From the NCBI GenBank assembly GCA_951406725.2, contig OX597816.1, positions 128,402,001 to 128,466,000 of the forward strand: DNA of 64,000 nucleotides, read 5' to 3'. Below are positions 13,486-26,335 of this stretch, piece after piece. The DNA comes from Octopus vulgaris. Taxonomy: Eukaryota. Within the stretch, counting starts at the first letter, position 1; every line of letters begins with the position of its first letter. The position numbers were made by a program, and so were the translations under genes. Below the pieces are notes generated by a model. The model saw only the letters and a list, made by a program, of their open reading frames with translations. It did not search any database and was not told the origin of the DNA.

Positions 13486-14482
13486 GTTAGAATATTATTC
13501 TAAGTATAAGTTTTCACAACATAACAGTTGATAAAATCACAATAATATTCAAAACAACAATAAATTTACATATTTGCATAAACTTGAATATTCATGCATG
13601 CAAGAGCATTATATCAACACATATCAGCTTGATTGCAAAACAATTATTCAAAATCCACAAACAATTTTTAGTTTAATTAAATTAACAAAATTGATGAACT
13701 TGATTTAGTGATATCAGCTTTTTACAAAATATTTGAAAGTCATTTATTAACTACTTCATTGTTCAGTACATATATATACTTAATGTAATGGTTGAACTGA
13801 TTAAGAGATACCAGTATTGTTTACCAGCATATGTATGTGTGTCTGGCTCTGCATTTATGTAAGTATGCTGGTTGTTCTATCCAATGCATCTGAGCAATAC
13901 TCTAGACAGTGAAATAGATATATAAACACACTTAATAAATAAAGATGTCATGAGACATTGTCATTTAAAGTAGAAGTATTTTCTCATTCTGAAGAGAAGA
14001 TTTATCTTTGTGAAGATAGCCTTAGTCAGCTCTTGTAAAGTATGGGTTACCTCTGGAGTGCAAGGAAATTGGTCATGGCCATTTACTTACCTCCAGCTCA
14101 ATTGATAACAGCTTTGTTTTTCCCTTGCTCTCACTGTCAGTTTAAGAATAAAATCTGAGACTTTAGTCTTCACTCCTCAAAACAAACAAATTTAATAAAT
14201 TTTCCTATCAAACTCTTCAAAGTATATTATTTTAAAAGGTTCTTTAGGATGGTAAGGAAGATGTAGAAACAGAAACTAGGTGAAAGCCTGTCAAATATAT
14301 ATATATATAATATGGGTGGCTTATTAACAATTTAACAACCTTAAAGCAAATTCATAGATGTCACTAAAATGACAGAGGGTACTAAGTGGTACCAGCATTG
14401 CTAAAAATAAGAATAAAAATGACTCTATAGTCACAAATGCACTGCCTTAATGACTGACAAGGGAGATAATTTCCCTTGCAGA

Positions 14483-14544
14483 CAGCAATATTACCGGCAA
14501 TTTCAAATTTTGATTCAGAGCATCTTAATTCTCATCTGTGGCTC
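14483..14544 (-). ncRNA. Type I hammerhead ribozyme motif (core mutated: CAGATGA)
   Basis: gagcca-CAGATGA-gaatt..aattt-GAAA-ttgccggtaa-TA-ttgctg. Stem III is near-palindromic. Confidence 0.6.
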
Positions 14545-14800
14545 TTCCTGCGCCTAGAGTTAAACTTAACTCACCTTGTCAGCTTATAAGAAAACTGTTG
14601 AATGGTAGAAGCGAGAACTATAAATAATATGGGTGGTTTATTAGCAATTTAACAACCTAAAGGTAAATTTATTGACTTCATTAAAGTGACAGAGGGTGCT
14701 AAGTGGTACCAGCATTGCTAGAAATAAGAATCAAAACGACTCTATAGCCACAAACGCACAGTCTTAATGACTGACAAGGGAGATAATTTCCCTAGCGGAG

Positions 14801-14862
14801 GAGCCATATTGCCATTGATTTCAAATTTTGATGCAGTACAGCTTAATTCTCATCAGTGGCTC
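14801..14862 (-). ncRNA. Type I hammerhead ribozyme motif (core intact)
   Basis: gagcca-CTGATGA-gaatt..aattt-GAAA-tcaatggcaa-TA-tggctc. Perfect 6-bp stem I. Confidence 0.7.
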
Positions 14863-14914
14863 TTACCACGCCTAAGGTTAAAATTAATTAACCATATCAG
14901 CTTATAAGAAGAGA

Positions 14915-15556
14915 TGGAAGTCCGCAGATGCTTAATCTGGAGAATAGGATGGGTGCAGAAGTGATACCATGTTGTTTTTGAAACTCACTTGTGAGGAGAT
15001 CTCGGTGATGGTGCCTTGTCATCGTGAAGAATCCAATTATTTGTGCTCCACAAATTATTTGTTGCTTTTGTCAAATATCCCCCCTTAAATGCTTCAAAAT
15101 GTCATTGATTGTCCTCCGATGATCCTCATGCACAAGCTGAGGAATTTTCTCCACGTTTTTGGGGGTGATGCTTGTGGTAGATCTTCCACATCGCTCATCA
15201 TCTTTTAGGGATGTCCTTCTACTTTTGACGCACCCCTGCTGCTCAAAACATTGCATACGACCCATTGCCTTGTCAACGTAAACTTGTCAAAGCATGCTCA
15301 ATCTCTCTGTAGCAGACTTCTAAGGTTGGCACAAAATTTCACGTTAGCTCTTTGTTCCTGTCTATGACAAAATTTCAAACTACAGCATACATGTGATCAC
15401 AAAAACACAAATTTCACAACTTGCAAAATACAGTGATATCCCTCAGAACACTGCTTCATGAAGGTCACTGCTAGCTCTTGCTGAGCATGCAACCACGTGC
15501 TTCCATTTGTTGGCATGCTACAGAACTTATCCGGGAACATTATGATACCCGCCTCA
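14915..15556 (-). mobile_element. Mariner relic, internally deleted, one TIR
   Basis: TIR ccgggaacattatgatacccgcctca followed by TA. Peptide RTSLKDDERCGRSTTS (mariner HTH region). Same family as 32649-33844. Confidence 0.8.
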
Positions 15557-15734
15557 TACAATTTCATTCAAAGATACATGTCAGCAGCCTGGCATGCATT
15601 ATCTGTAATGTTTCTTAAATCTTAGGAAGTTTCAAATCTTTCAGCATCATCTAGTGGAACAAATATTAACTAGCATCCTGGTAAGAACAAACCACACTGC
15701 TAATACATATGTATGTATGCATGTATGTATGTTT

Positions 15735-16670
15735 TTTTCTCTTCTTAATTTAGACTTCACCGACTTGGCAGCAAGGTTCTGAAGGAAAGTATCCTGATTT
15801 AATTATCATCCTTTAAATCTTAAAAAAGTCCTGCAGATTTTTAATCGCAAGTATGGTGTCATTTATAGCATATGAATTCAGGACTTGCATTCTTCCTCCA
15901 AGATTCCAACTCCAGCTATACTTTGGTATGTTTCCTGTTGCTCCAGTAGTAATAGGTATGAAACTGAAAGTGTATCTTGGGTACTGGATTTGCAAACTCC
16001 TTATCAATGATCTATAGATGTATTCTTTCTCTTGTAGTTTTCTAACCACATACATGTTTAGTGGGCAGCTGATTTTCAAAACTAGGTGATCTCACACAAC
16101 AATATCTGGCTGGTTGTTTTATTTTGGTGGTTGTTTTAATTTGAAGTTCCACCAGTATTCTTTTGACTCATCAGTCTCAATATGGTCAATTTTGTTGGTA
16201 TTCTCTTTTTTGTTATCCTCTTCCAGACCATTCTGGCCACCGTGTCATGCCTCATAGGAAGATAATATATGGAAAGCATTCTCTCACAGTTGGCAACAAT
16301 GTGGTTGATGTCTTCAGTTTTGGACTTGTACAGCACATATGTACCATCTGTAAATGTTTTCTGCTTTTTATATTGTAGGTACTTGGTGGGGATCTATTGT
16401 TCTTGGATTGCATATATGTAGCCTTTAAAGTAGGACATCATAAACTTGTCATTATGCCATACCAGGCTGCTGACATGATCTATCTCTTCAATAGTTTTTG
16501 TTTTACATGCCAAGTACACTTGTATTATCATCTTCTCAGTGAACTGGTTTATGTATTTTCTTCTATTGCTCAGATAAGTAGATTTTACTTGTGCTCCTTA
16601 GGGAGAGATCTGTATCAGTTCTTATTTCATTTCTCTCCTCAAGTTCATTAGCTATCCTAATTATGTCGTT
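15735..16670 (-). mobile_element. R4/Dong-like retrotransposon 3' part (CCHC knuckle remnant + restriction-like endonuclease)
   Basis: KTEDINHIVANC..YLPMRHDTVA (zinc knuckle + RHD), QPDIVV, KISCP..EKEYIY, IPITTGATG. These are REL endonuclease signatures. Confidence 0.8.
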
Positions 16671-17012
16671 GATATCCTAATTATGTAAAGTATGTATATG
16701 TGTATGTATGTAAATGTGTGTATACGTGTGTACGTATGTATGTATGGATGTATATATGTGTATACATGTGTGTGGTAGGGTGGTTGTTTGTACCTGCATC
16801 TTTTCATATTGACACTATTCAGCTTGCAGTGATGATGTTTATGCCCTCATTGTAAAACAGTCACTTTTCATAGAAAATGCTGAGGCTTAGTGTGAATCTT
16901 TCATATTAGACATAGAGTATCAGTGAATTCAAAAAGTGTAGAAATAATATAGATTAATGTCATTCATATAAGTGTCTGCATAGTTAAATGTAACTGTGCT
17001 TCTTAAGACAGA

Positions 17013-17043
<31 letters not shown>

Positions 17044-17147
17044 TGATAAAAATGGTAAGACAACAAAAGAATGAAAGAGACCTTGATATTATGTAAATAG
17101 AGGAATTTATCTGTAAACGTAATATGTGACAATTATTTGGCAGCCAT

Positions 17148-17208
17148 GATAAAACTCCGAGTTTCGAATGCCGAGGTGGAAATCCACACCGTCATCTCTT
17201 CAGCTATC
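17148..17208 (-). ncRNA. Type I hammerhead ribozyme motif (left arm)
   Basis: gatag-CTGAAGA-gatgacggtgtggatttccacctcggcattc-GAAA-ctcggag-TT-ttatc. Confidence 0.7.
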
Positions 17209-17237
17209 CGGCCATCGGGAAAAAAATCCGATGGCCA

Positions 17238-17298
17238 GTTAACTGAAGAGATGGCGGTGTGGATTTCCACCTCGGCATCCGAAACTCTGAGTTTTATC
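17238..17298 (+). ncRNA. Type I hammerhead ribozyme motif (right arm)
   Basis: gttaa-CTGAAGA-gatggcggtgtggatttccacctcggcatcc-GAAA-ctctgag-TT-ttatc. Confidence 0.7.
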
Positions 17299-17363
17299 AT
17301 GGCTGCCGAATAATTGTCACATATTACATTTACAGATATATATATAAATAAATATATATATAT

Positions 17364-17408
<45 letters not shown>

Positions 17409-17899
17409 GAAAGATGAATCTTGCAATGAGTTCATGTAATTTATATTTATAGGAATCAGTGAATATTTGTATTGATATGCTGTCATAGAGTAACATGGCA
17501 TGAAACTTTCAGTCCTGATGCCTTGTGTTAGGTTTCACTTGTAAAAGACAGCTTTGCCAGACGGCTCTCATGCCTAAAATGGTTGAACATTTACTTAATC
17601 TAAATGTCAACAAGTCTCATTATGCCAAAGTTTGTTTTCAAGGCTAAGAGACTACAGTAATATGCAGAGAAAATATATTGCTGACTCTGACTTCTTTTTC
17701 ATTAAACTATAATCTGTTCAACTCTGTGAACTTTTTATTCTGCTATTAACTAACAAAGGCCATTACTTATTTCCTATGACTCTATTGTCTTATTTTATAA
17801 TGTAAAAAAGATCTAAAGAGGATTTGAAAATGTGAAAATTATACTGGTAGGTAATGAGAAATGAAGAATTTATATGAGATCAAATAATTGCTTCTTATT

Positions 17900-18105
17900 T
17901 AGGGACAAAGCCAGTAATTTTGAAGGTGGGGTTAGTTGATATTATCAACCTCAGCACTAGACTGGTGCATTATTTTATCAACTTCAAAAAGATAAAAGGC
18001 AAAGTTGACCTCAGTGGAATTTGAACTCAGGATATAAAAAGCCACAACAAATGCCATACAGCATTTTTTTTTTCTGAAATACTAATGATTCTGCTAACTC
18101 AACAC
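17900..18105 (-). mobile_element. SINE family B, diverged
   Basis: Reverse complement of 60521-60700 (aaaggcaaagttgacctcagtggaatttgaactcag). Confidence 0.7.
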
Positions 18106-18879
18106 TTTGTATGAGAGTAAATAATGAAGGTATTTATATGCAACTCCAGAAAACTTGCAACGATATTTTTCTTCCATCCTTCAGAGAAACTTAGACATAC
18201 ATGTAAACACACATGCACTCTCACACACACTCAAAAACATATACATAAGCACACACTCATATGTGTGTGTGTGTGTGTGTGAGTGTTTGTGTGTGTGTGA
18301 GTGTGTGTGCGTGTGTGTGTGTGTGTTTGTGTGTATACACATATATATGAAGATGAGATGACAAAGGAATAAGCAATTAGCTTGTGAACTTCATTAGCTA
18401 ATAGCTGTTTCTGTTATAAGATGCAGAATACTCGTAACTGTGCCTCAGTAACAACTTATAGCTTAAATCTAACTCTTTCAGCAGGGGAAGGTAGCGCTGA
18501 GGTAGAAAGTTAGTTATAAGAACAATCTTCATTCTGAAACCTGTGAAGCAAAATTATGATGTCTTAATCAGAGTACACGGGCAATACTGATTAGGATATT
18601 GTGCCATAGTTCTCTCTCCATGCCAGTGAATATATTGCAATATTATGAGACTTCACTACATAAAATGCATGGTTACATCACTAGTCACTAATTATCTGAA
18701 ACAGCTGTAAAGACTTGGTTTCATCAAGTAATTGTATACACAACTTTCCATACAAATACATTCCTTATTCCTGCTGTTGTTTGTCTGTCTTTTCTGATGA
18801 TGATATATATTCAAATAAGAATGAGAAGCAGCCCATACGTGTGTGTGTATGTATATGTAAATATACATACATGTGTGTT

Positions 18880-18932
<53 letters not shown>

Positions 18933-21257
18933 ATACATGCACATGCTCATATATACATGCACATGTGCACACACACACATACACACATGCACACACACAC
19001 ATGCATATATACATAGATGTATATACATCCATATACATATACACATATATAATTATATGTGTTGCAAGGAACAAATTTGAATATTTAGACAAGCAAGTGT
19101 AATATATCAATATATATTAGTCTGCTAAATATCGATTACATAAAAAAAAGACAATAAATAAATATTACCTATATAAATAAAATACATAATTCTGTATAAT
19201 ACAGTACAAGTTTTGGTTGGCCATAGCAAATAAAGTATTGGAGTATATACCAAAGAATTCATAGCTTGTATGCTGACTTTGGCAGTGAGCAATGTCTCTG
19301 GCCAATATATTTCTTAATTTTCATAGGCTTTGTTCAACAGGTACCATGTACTATGGCTGCTCACCACTGTAAACAGCAGATGCACATTCTGCATGTTTAT
19401 GACTTAACTGATCTAGAAGAAAAAAAAAACTCATCTATTTTATATAAATGAACAACTACTATATGAAGAGGAATTTTTATATGAGCAGCTCTAATTTTTC
19501 AAGTTGAAAAACAGTCAATAAAATCTGTTACTATGTGAAATTTTACAGAAAATATATATATATATATTTTTTTTTTTTTACTAGGAATTCTCTAGAGAAA
19601 CTATTTAAGATGTTAGGCTATAAAGTCATTTGACAGTTCAGCAGAAAGTTTAGATTTTTACAAATAATTTTATGATGCTATTGCAATTGACAGAAGACCT
19701 CACTTCATGAGGGAATGTATATTTATGCATAGGACTATTTTGTATGTTTATCTTTTTTGTGTGTATGTGTGTGTGTTTGCATAAGTGTATGTGTTTGTGT
19801 GAATGCTAGAAACAGAGACAGAGAGGGAATAGGAGAGAGAACAAAGTAAGAAAATGCAAAAGTGAGAGAAAGTGCTAATACAAATTTATGCCAGTTGATA
19901 TTGGCCTTTGGCAAATATGCATTAGTTAACTTTAAATAGACACATACAACTGCTGACGACAATTATTTTCTACATGCCTTCGTTATTTACTCTCATAAAA
20001 ATTCTTCCTCTCTTCACTGATTACCACCAGAGCAGCTTCCTCACAGCCAAGTGCATTAGAGTCTTTCTCTGTTACATTAGAACATCTATTATTACAAATA
20101 CTAGACAATATCATACTGTATAAAACACCTGGTACTAGATATTTCTTCTGCTTGGCATAGTTCAGTCTAAGATTTAAGAGCTCTCAAGTACATTACCAGA
20201 GAAAATATCATCACAGACTTGGCAGTGTTGGTCTAACCTAACTCACTGTAAATCATAAGTTATTCTTGAGAGGTTCATCTCACTGATAAGCAAAACACAC
20301 ATGAACAACAGATGAAAATCATCTTTTATCCATGTTTTCTTTTGAACTACAAGCCTGTTCAGCTTCAAACTTAATATGAACCTTGTGAAGCTGTGTATTT
20401 AGAAACAAACTGGATATGCCTGCTCTCATTCTCTTGTGCTGAAACTTACTGCAAGAATTTCATTGTATATTTGGATGGTTCACTTTCCTTCTATGTGCTT
20501 CAGTTGAAATAGCTGTTTGTTATAGATACTAGGTTATCTGAAAATGTCATTCCATGGTCAGATTATTTATCGAATGAGTACCATGAAAACTTTGACAGGT
20601 AAGCACTGACCCGTAAAAATTACTAAAGAGCCTGGGACACATGTGTTTGTCTACATTGTAGGATGATTAGAATAGCAAAAGACAAGCCAGAAGAATGTTT
20701 GAAGTTTAGAGTTCTGTAATTGTTTCTGTGTTGTATCAGTGACCAAGAAGTTTAGCTTACAAATGATTCAGTCCTTCTAATTGTAATTAGGTACTGCTTG
20801 TTTGGTACAACTGTCCTCCTTAAACCACACTGACACTGTATAACTGACCAATGTTTTGTTAGCTTGCAACACTGAGTTTGAACCAAATTTTGCAAACTTG
20901 GAGAAAACAACAGGAAGCCACACACACACACACGTATTGTTTTATGTTAGAAAGATAATATTTTTTCCAATAAAAACATAATTCTTGTGATTTTATTGGC
21001 AAAATGACCCTCTCAAAGTACAACAATATATATATATATATATGAGAAAGTGAGTAACTAAGACGTTAGTGTAGCAGACAACCAGCAAAGATGTCGGCAA
21101 ATCATGTCATGTCTTTGATGATCAGAACACTTAACTCTTAAATAACCTAGTCTACCATGATGTCAATAGTTGTATAGTTGTTTTCCCATCAGAAAAAATA
21201 ACTGTTAAAAAAGAAACTGATTGCAAACCTTATCAACAACATAGCTAGAAAGCATCA

Positions 21258-21474
21258 TATAGGAGGGAGTGCATAAAAGTTCTTGGGGTATTGCAAAAGG
21301 CCTAGCTGGAGGCCAAACATTCCAAGTTCTTTTACAAGGCCTAGAAAAACTGAAGCATCACTGCAATAAGTGTGTGAATCTGAGAGGAGAATATATTGAA
21401 AAAGCTCATAATTAACTAATCCTCCTGTATTTTCTTTTACCCAAAGCCAGGAACTTTTCAGCACCCTTTCATAT
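21258..21474. mobile_element. Mariner-derived MITE
   Basis: Degenerate TIRs tataggagggagtgcataaaagttcttgg / ccaggaacttttcagcaccctttcatata with TA ends. Confidence 0.55.
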
Positions 21475-22372
21475 ACATATGAAACCATAATGTCATCTGA
21501 GGTCAGACTTACCCTGACATTTCTAGACATTCATTTTTTTTTTTTTTTTACATTACAAGCAATCACTAAAAATGTCTTGTAACCTTTAATGGTTTACTAT
21601 GCCATCACCAACTATTTTGCATTCATGTAGTATGTCAAGGGAAAAGGCTATATCTAGAAATCACAAGGGATAAAGTATAAACTATAAGGAATAGAAAAAG
21701 TGGCTTAATTAGAAATTTAAATGACTTTACAAACTCAATTTTCCAGGAAATTAGTCGATCTATGACGATTGTGTTTTTCTTAGTTTCAAGATTAGTAAGT
21801 GTTACTACGATTCTCTTCATACTAACTAATAAAGAAATGCTTATGCATGAGTAATTTAGATGCTCCGTAACAACCCACGCATGTTTGAACCAGTGGAGCT
21901 TAGTTATATTCTATTCCTTACAATATATTACATTATTCTACCCAATAAAAAGTATTATTCACCATAATGAGATTCATAAATCTGATGAGGAAAATGACAA
22001 AACCATAAAATCCAAAATAAAAATTTATAGCACATTTATTCATACTCTAAATACATGTTATTTTAATGAATTTAACAAAATTGATCATTTCAATCCAATA
22101 AAAACAGTTTTACAAAGGCTGCTCATCATTTAAACAAAATATGATTGTTTGTTTGTTTGTTTGTTGTTTTTTTTTAGTGGGAGGGGACACTAAGTGGAAT
22201 GTTTTACAATTCAATCTGCTGTACTGCATTAATAATTAACAGGGGTTTTATAAACAGATGCTCCTTTTTATCATCAGCTGCCAGCAGAGTGGACTGGGTA
22301 TATTTATTCATACCACCAAAAACAGAGAGGCTTTCTCCATCTTGTTGTGTTGTTCTTTGTTTTTCTATTATA

Positions 22373-22567
22373 GGCACAAGGCCTGAAATTATGGAGGAAG
22401 AGGCTGGTTGATTACAGTTTCTGAAATGGAACTTATTTTATCAACCCTGAATGGATTGACAATCAAAGTCAACCTTGGTGGAATTTAAACTCAATACATT
22501 AAGCCTGAAGAAATGCCACTAAGTATTTTGTCCAACATGCTTATGATTCTGCCAGCTTGCTGCCTTT
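22373..22567 (-). mobile_element. SINE family B, diverged
   Basis: caaagtcaaccttggtggaatttaaactc..gattctgccagcttgctgcctt matches the family head. Confidence 0.65.
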
Positions 22568-24860
22568 CACATTGTTGTCTTATGTCAACTGTAATTCAAA
22601 GTAGCTTCTCTTCAAGTTGGTTGGCCTACATTGGAGTATTTTGAACCCATGTACCTTCTGTGTCTTAGAATTTTAAAAAATATTTCTACATTTATAAGAT
22701 TTCTCTTAAATGAGTTGTAGAGCTGAAAGATAGACAGTGAATCATCTTAACAAAAGTAAAAGCTATAGGAACTTGTGAGAATGAGAGCTGAATTGAAATA
22801 AATTAATGATTGAACATTTTGTTATATGAACCTAATGGATGAGATGTTTCACAATCCCATTTCAAGAAATTATCAATATTTTTAGTGAGGTAGACATAAT
22901 AAAGAATGTATGAGAAGAGAAATATTGTATGATAGTGTGACTTAGGTATTGAATGTACAGAGCCTGGAGACAAGTGGAATGAGCATAATCTGTTAATTGT
23001 AATGTTAAAAGCATAAAAGCCATATCAAGAGTGAGTAGCTGAACAGTTTACAGTGGAGTGAGTATGTTATCTAGATAGACAACAAGTGCTGGAGAGAGGG
23101 AGTGCCCTGTATTAGCATACAAGAGAAAGCTCGATGGAAAATAAATAAGATCATAGTTAGATCTTAGGATATTAAGCTTAATAAAGAGATAACAAAATTG
23201 CAAGACAAGTAGAGATACACTGTATGGTAGCTCTATCCAATCCAAGTCTGTATGTAAACAAAAGACAGATGGTAACGTGCAGTGCATGCAATGTAAACAA
23301 GAAGTAGAAGTGAATATAGTACTCATTCAGGTTGATTAAAGTGTGAACTAAAGAAGAGGAACCGGTTGTTTGTCGAGTTAAAATAGGCAGAACTATGTAC
23401 ACTTTTCTCAGGAATATAACACAATAGCTCTACTAGTAAGATTTAAACCCATAAATGTGTAATCAGCTGTCTAGTATTGACATTTTGACTCATAATGTAC
23501 ATTTGTTTAACATCCTGAAAAGTGCATATCTAATTTGACAAACAAGTTTTATTTCCTTGTAGAAAGAAGTCAGATTGAAACCAGTGATTGGCTTTAACAA
23601 CACTAATAGTGTGTTATTATTCTAAAGCTGCAATTTAAAATGCAGAACAGTTCAAACAAAATCTCCTTCAAATTGTATAGCTAATCATCAGCTTAGATTT
23701 ATAATACAAGTCTACAAGTTAATTATAAACAGCTCATTGCTCAGAATATTTTTTTCATGTTACAGGGTATGAACATTTAGTTGTATAAACTTTAATGATT
23801 TTAAAATTCTCAAAGAATGAGTTCAAGCTTGACATGATAGCATAATAGATGAGAGAAAAGAAAAGTAGGCAACACTATATTTTGGATAAGAAGATCACTT
23901 TTAAATTCAATAAATGCTTTAAAAATAACTAGATATAATACAGAACTAGATCTCTCTTAATGGAAGCTTCAGCTTTGCAAAAAATACAAACAAGAATTAA
24001 CATTGAAATTCTCCTTCTTGCTAATATAAGAATATCTGATGGCATTTATTAAGTTATCAGGCAGATTCTATTCAGTTTGTTGCAAATGCCATGTGAATAG
24101 AAACCTATTACAGAACATCTTTTTAAAATTCTCATCATTTAATGTTAAAAAGAACCCATAGTATTAGAAATGTTGTATAGAAATGTGACTTTAAAAGTTC
24201 TCAAGCCAAAATTACTTGATCTTTCTGTTTTTTTGTATTTCAATCTTTTTTATCAGCTGATTCTTTTAACAGGTCACATATGTTTGATGAAAAAGACAGA
24301 CTGAAAGTTCACTATCACATGCCTGCATTTTGCATTTGCTTTAATTTATTGGTAAAAGTTCTAGAACTTGAATAATACCAGAATCTAGAACATTAACAAT
24401 AAACAGGAAAAAATATTAAATGAATAAAATTGTTTTAACTATAGATTCCTTTGTTTTTTGCCTTTTTTTCTTTGTCACAAACATACACAAAACTAATTTC
24501 AATGAGTGATAATGTTCTGACGAGTCACACTTTATTTTAGACATTGCTATTAGATTTTCTTTTATTGTGACTTCTGAACAACTAAATAAAAAGGAAAACT
24601 GAAGAGAAATGCCACAATTGCAGTTTTATCCTCAGAACTGTCTTTATATCAGGTTTTAATCAAATTTCATCATTGATAAGCATAAGAATTTAAACTTGAT
24701 ATGTGTTATAGATTTAATGGATCTTTCCTCTATTGTTAAAGATTTCTAAATAGAACCACAGCTTTTCCATTGTAGCTCGCTCAATGTTCACTCAATTTCC
24801 ACCACCACCCCAGCAAACAATACTTAGAGTCCTCATCCACAACAAGATAACACTGCATAT

Positions 24861-25220
24861 CTTTTTTTATCCTTTAAATGTTTCATTCATGAGAGTACAC
24901 CCATGCTGGAGCACCACTTTAAAAAATTTTGTTAAATGAATTCACCCCAGGACTTATTTTTTAAGTCTGGTACTGTTAAGTTACAGGGATGTAAACATAC
25001 CAACATTGGTTGTCAAGCAGTACTGGGGGACAAATGCAGACATTAAGATACACACAGATATACATATACAACAGGCTTCTTTCAGTTTCCATCAACCAAA
25101 TCTGCTTGCAAGGCTTTGGTCGCTTCAAGGCTTTAGTAGAAGACCCACAATGCCACACAGTGGAACTGAAACTGGGATCATGTTGTTGAGAAGCAAACTT
25201 CTTACCACACTACCATGCCT
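24861..25220 (-). mobile_element. tRNA-derived SINE, family A
   Basis: Matches 56561-56935 (ccatgctggagcacc, caggcttctttcagtttcc, cagtggaactgaa). Confidence 0.8.
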
Positions 25221-25501
25221 TTCCATCTTTTTAAATATTTCCTTAAATGGATGACTCTGAAAATTCATACTTTTATTTGAATCAATATTTTATCTCTTAT
25301 AGATCTGAAGCTCTTCCTAAGGTAAACTACACACTCATGAAAATTATACTTTTGCAGTTTCAGCTGAGTTTAGCAAACCAAGTAGAATAATATTCATTGT
25401 ATAATATCAGAATGCAAAATATCTCTGCTATAATTTAACACCTTTTCTAATGACATTTCAACATGTTGTTTGTTTTGTAGAAATAGTAAAAGGACTTTCA
25501 A

Positions 25502-25721
25502 CTTTTTAATATCTAATCTGGCCATATCCAGCCCAAATAATATCCCTGTTTTAGGTTAAAACTGAACAAATCCAGCTTCTCACACCTTCCCTACAATGTC
25601 ATTCTAAAAATAAACAATCCCATCTTCAATATCTCAAAACTAAAAGATGATGCATGATTAATTCAAAACAATGTGAATAGATAATCATTACAGTTGATTG
25701 AGTAATATGAATGCTAAATAG
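25502..25721. mobile_element. piggyBac-type MITE, diverged copy of 49881-50099
   Basis: Internal match (ccctacaatgtcattctaaaaataaaca). Ends aatgctaaatag-TTAA. Confidence 0.65.
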
Positions 25722-25934
25722 TTAAACCTTATTATTAAATATTGTTTAGCTTCAGCTCAGCCCTAATCAAGCATACCAAATTAATCAAATGCCTTCCACC
25801 AATGACCATCCTATCCTTTTGTATATCTAGGACATCATTACCTAAATAGTCCTTTCTTTTTTTAAGAAGAACATGTCTGAAAGAAATTCTTTTGCTATTT
25901 CTATCAAGTTGAGTGATGTCATTAGTTCTCACTC

Positions 25935-26135
25935 TTATTTCTTTATTGCCCACGAGAGGTTAAACATAGAGGGGACAAACAAGGACAGACAAAGGTATTA
26001 AGTTGATTACATCGACCCCAGTGTGTAACTGGTACTTCATTTATCGACCCCAAAAGGATGAAAGGCAAAGTCGACCTTGGCGGAATTTGAACTCAGAACA
26101 CAGCGGTGGACAAAATACCACAAAGCATTTCGCAA
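25935..26135 (-). mobile_element. SINE family B
   Basis: atcgaccccaaaaggatgaaaggcaaagtcgaccttggcggaatttgaactcagaac. Confidence 0.8.
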
Positions 26136-26335
26136 AATTTAGCAAAAGACAAGTTAACCAACTGAAATTCTACATTATCATTATATTGCATTTAGATTAA
26201 AAATTTGATTTTAATTTAAGTATTAATCCAATGATAGAAGCAGTCTTGATCAGAGTGATATTAAAATGGTAGTTTTGACTGCAACTTAGGCAAAGATTAC
26301 ATGTAAATCCCAAACTTTTACATCAGTTATTTAAC

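Larger units (their letters stand above)
14308..14910 (-). repeat. Tandem dimer of a ~317-bp unit, each unit with a type I hammerhead motif (retrozyme / Penelope pLTR-like)
   Basis: Units start with taatatgggtgg at 14308 and 14625 and align along their whole length. The repeat follows a (TA)n run. Confidence 0.85.
17108..17338. repeat. Near-perfect ~231-bp palindrome with two divergent hammerhead motifs
   Basis: Arms 17108-17218 and 17227-17338 are reverse complements with few mismatches around an A-rich spacer. (TA)n lies on both sides of the element. Confidence 0.95.

Noticed and set aside
14091-14133. Possible 43-nt minus-strand exon (acag|..gag|gtaagt, ESKGKTKLLSIELE)
   Set aside because: Good donor, but no recognisable protein or linked exons. 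Such sites are expected by chance in 64 kb.
1535-16670. The two R4-like pieces as one split element
   Set aside because: On the minus strand the C-terminal piece lies upstream of the N-terminal piece, so they are separate copies.
19365-19412. Possible minus-strand mini-exon after a poly-T acceptor
   Set aside because: The acceptor may be just an A-run, and the peptide is unrecognisable.
20526-20598. Possible 73-nt plus-strand exon ending cag|gtaagc
   Set aside because: Two frames are open but neither is recognisable, so it is unsupported without RNA data.
22850-23480. Possible CR1/L2 3' relic
   Set aside because: Only strand skew and vague motifs are visible, too degraded to support a call.
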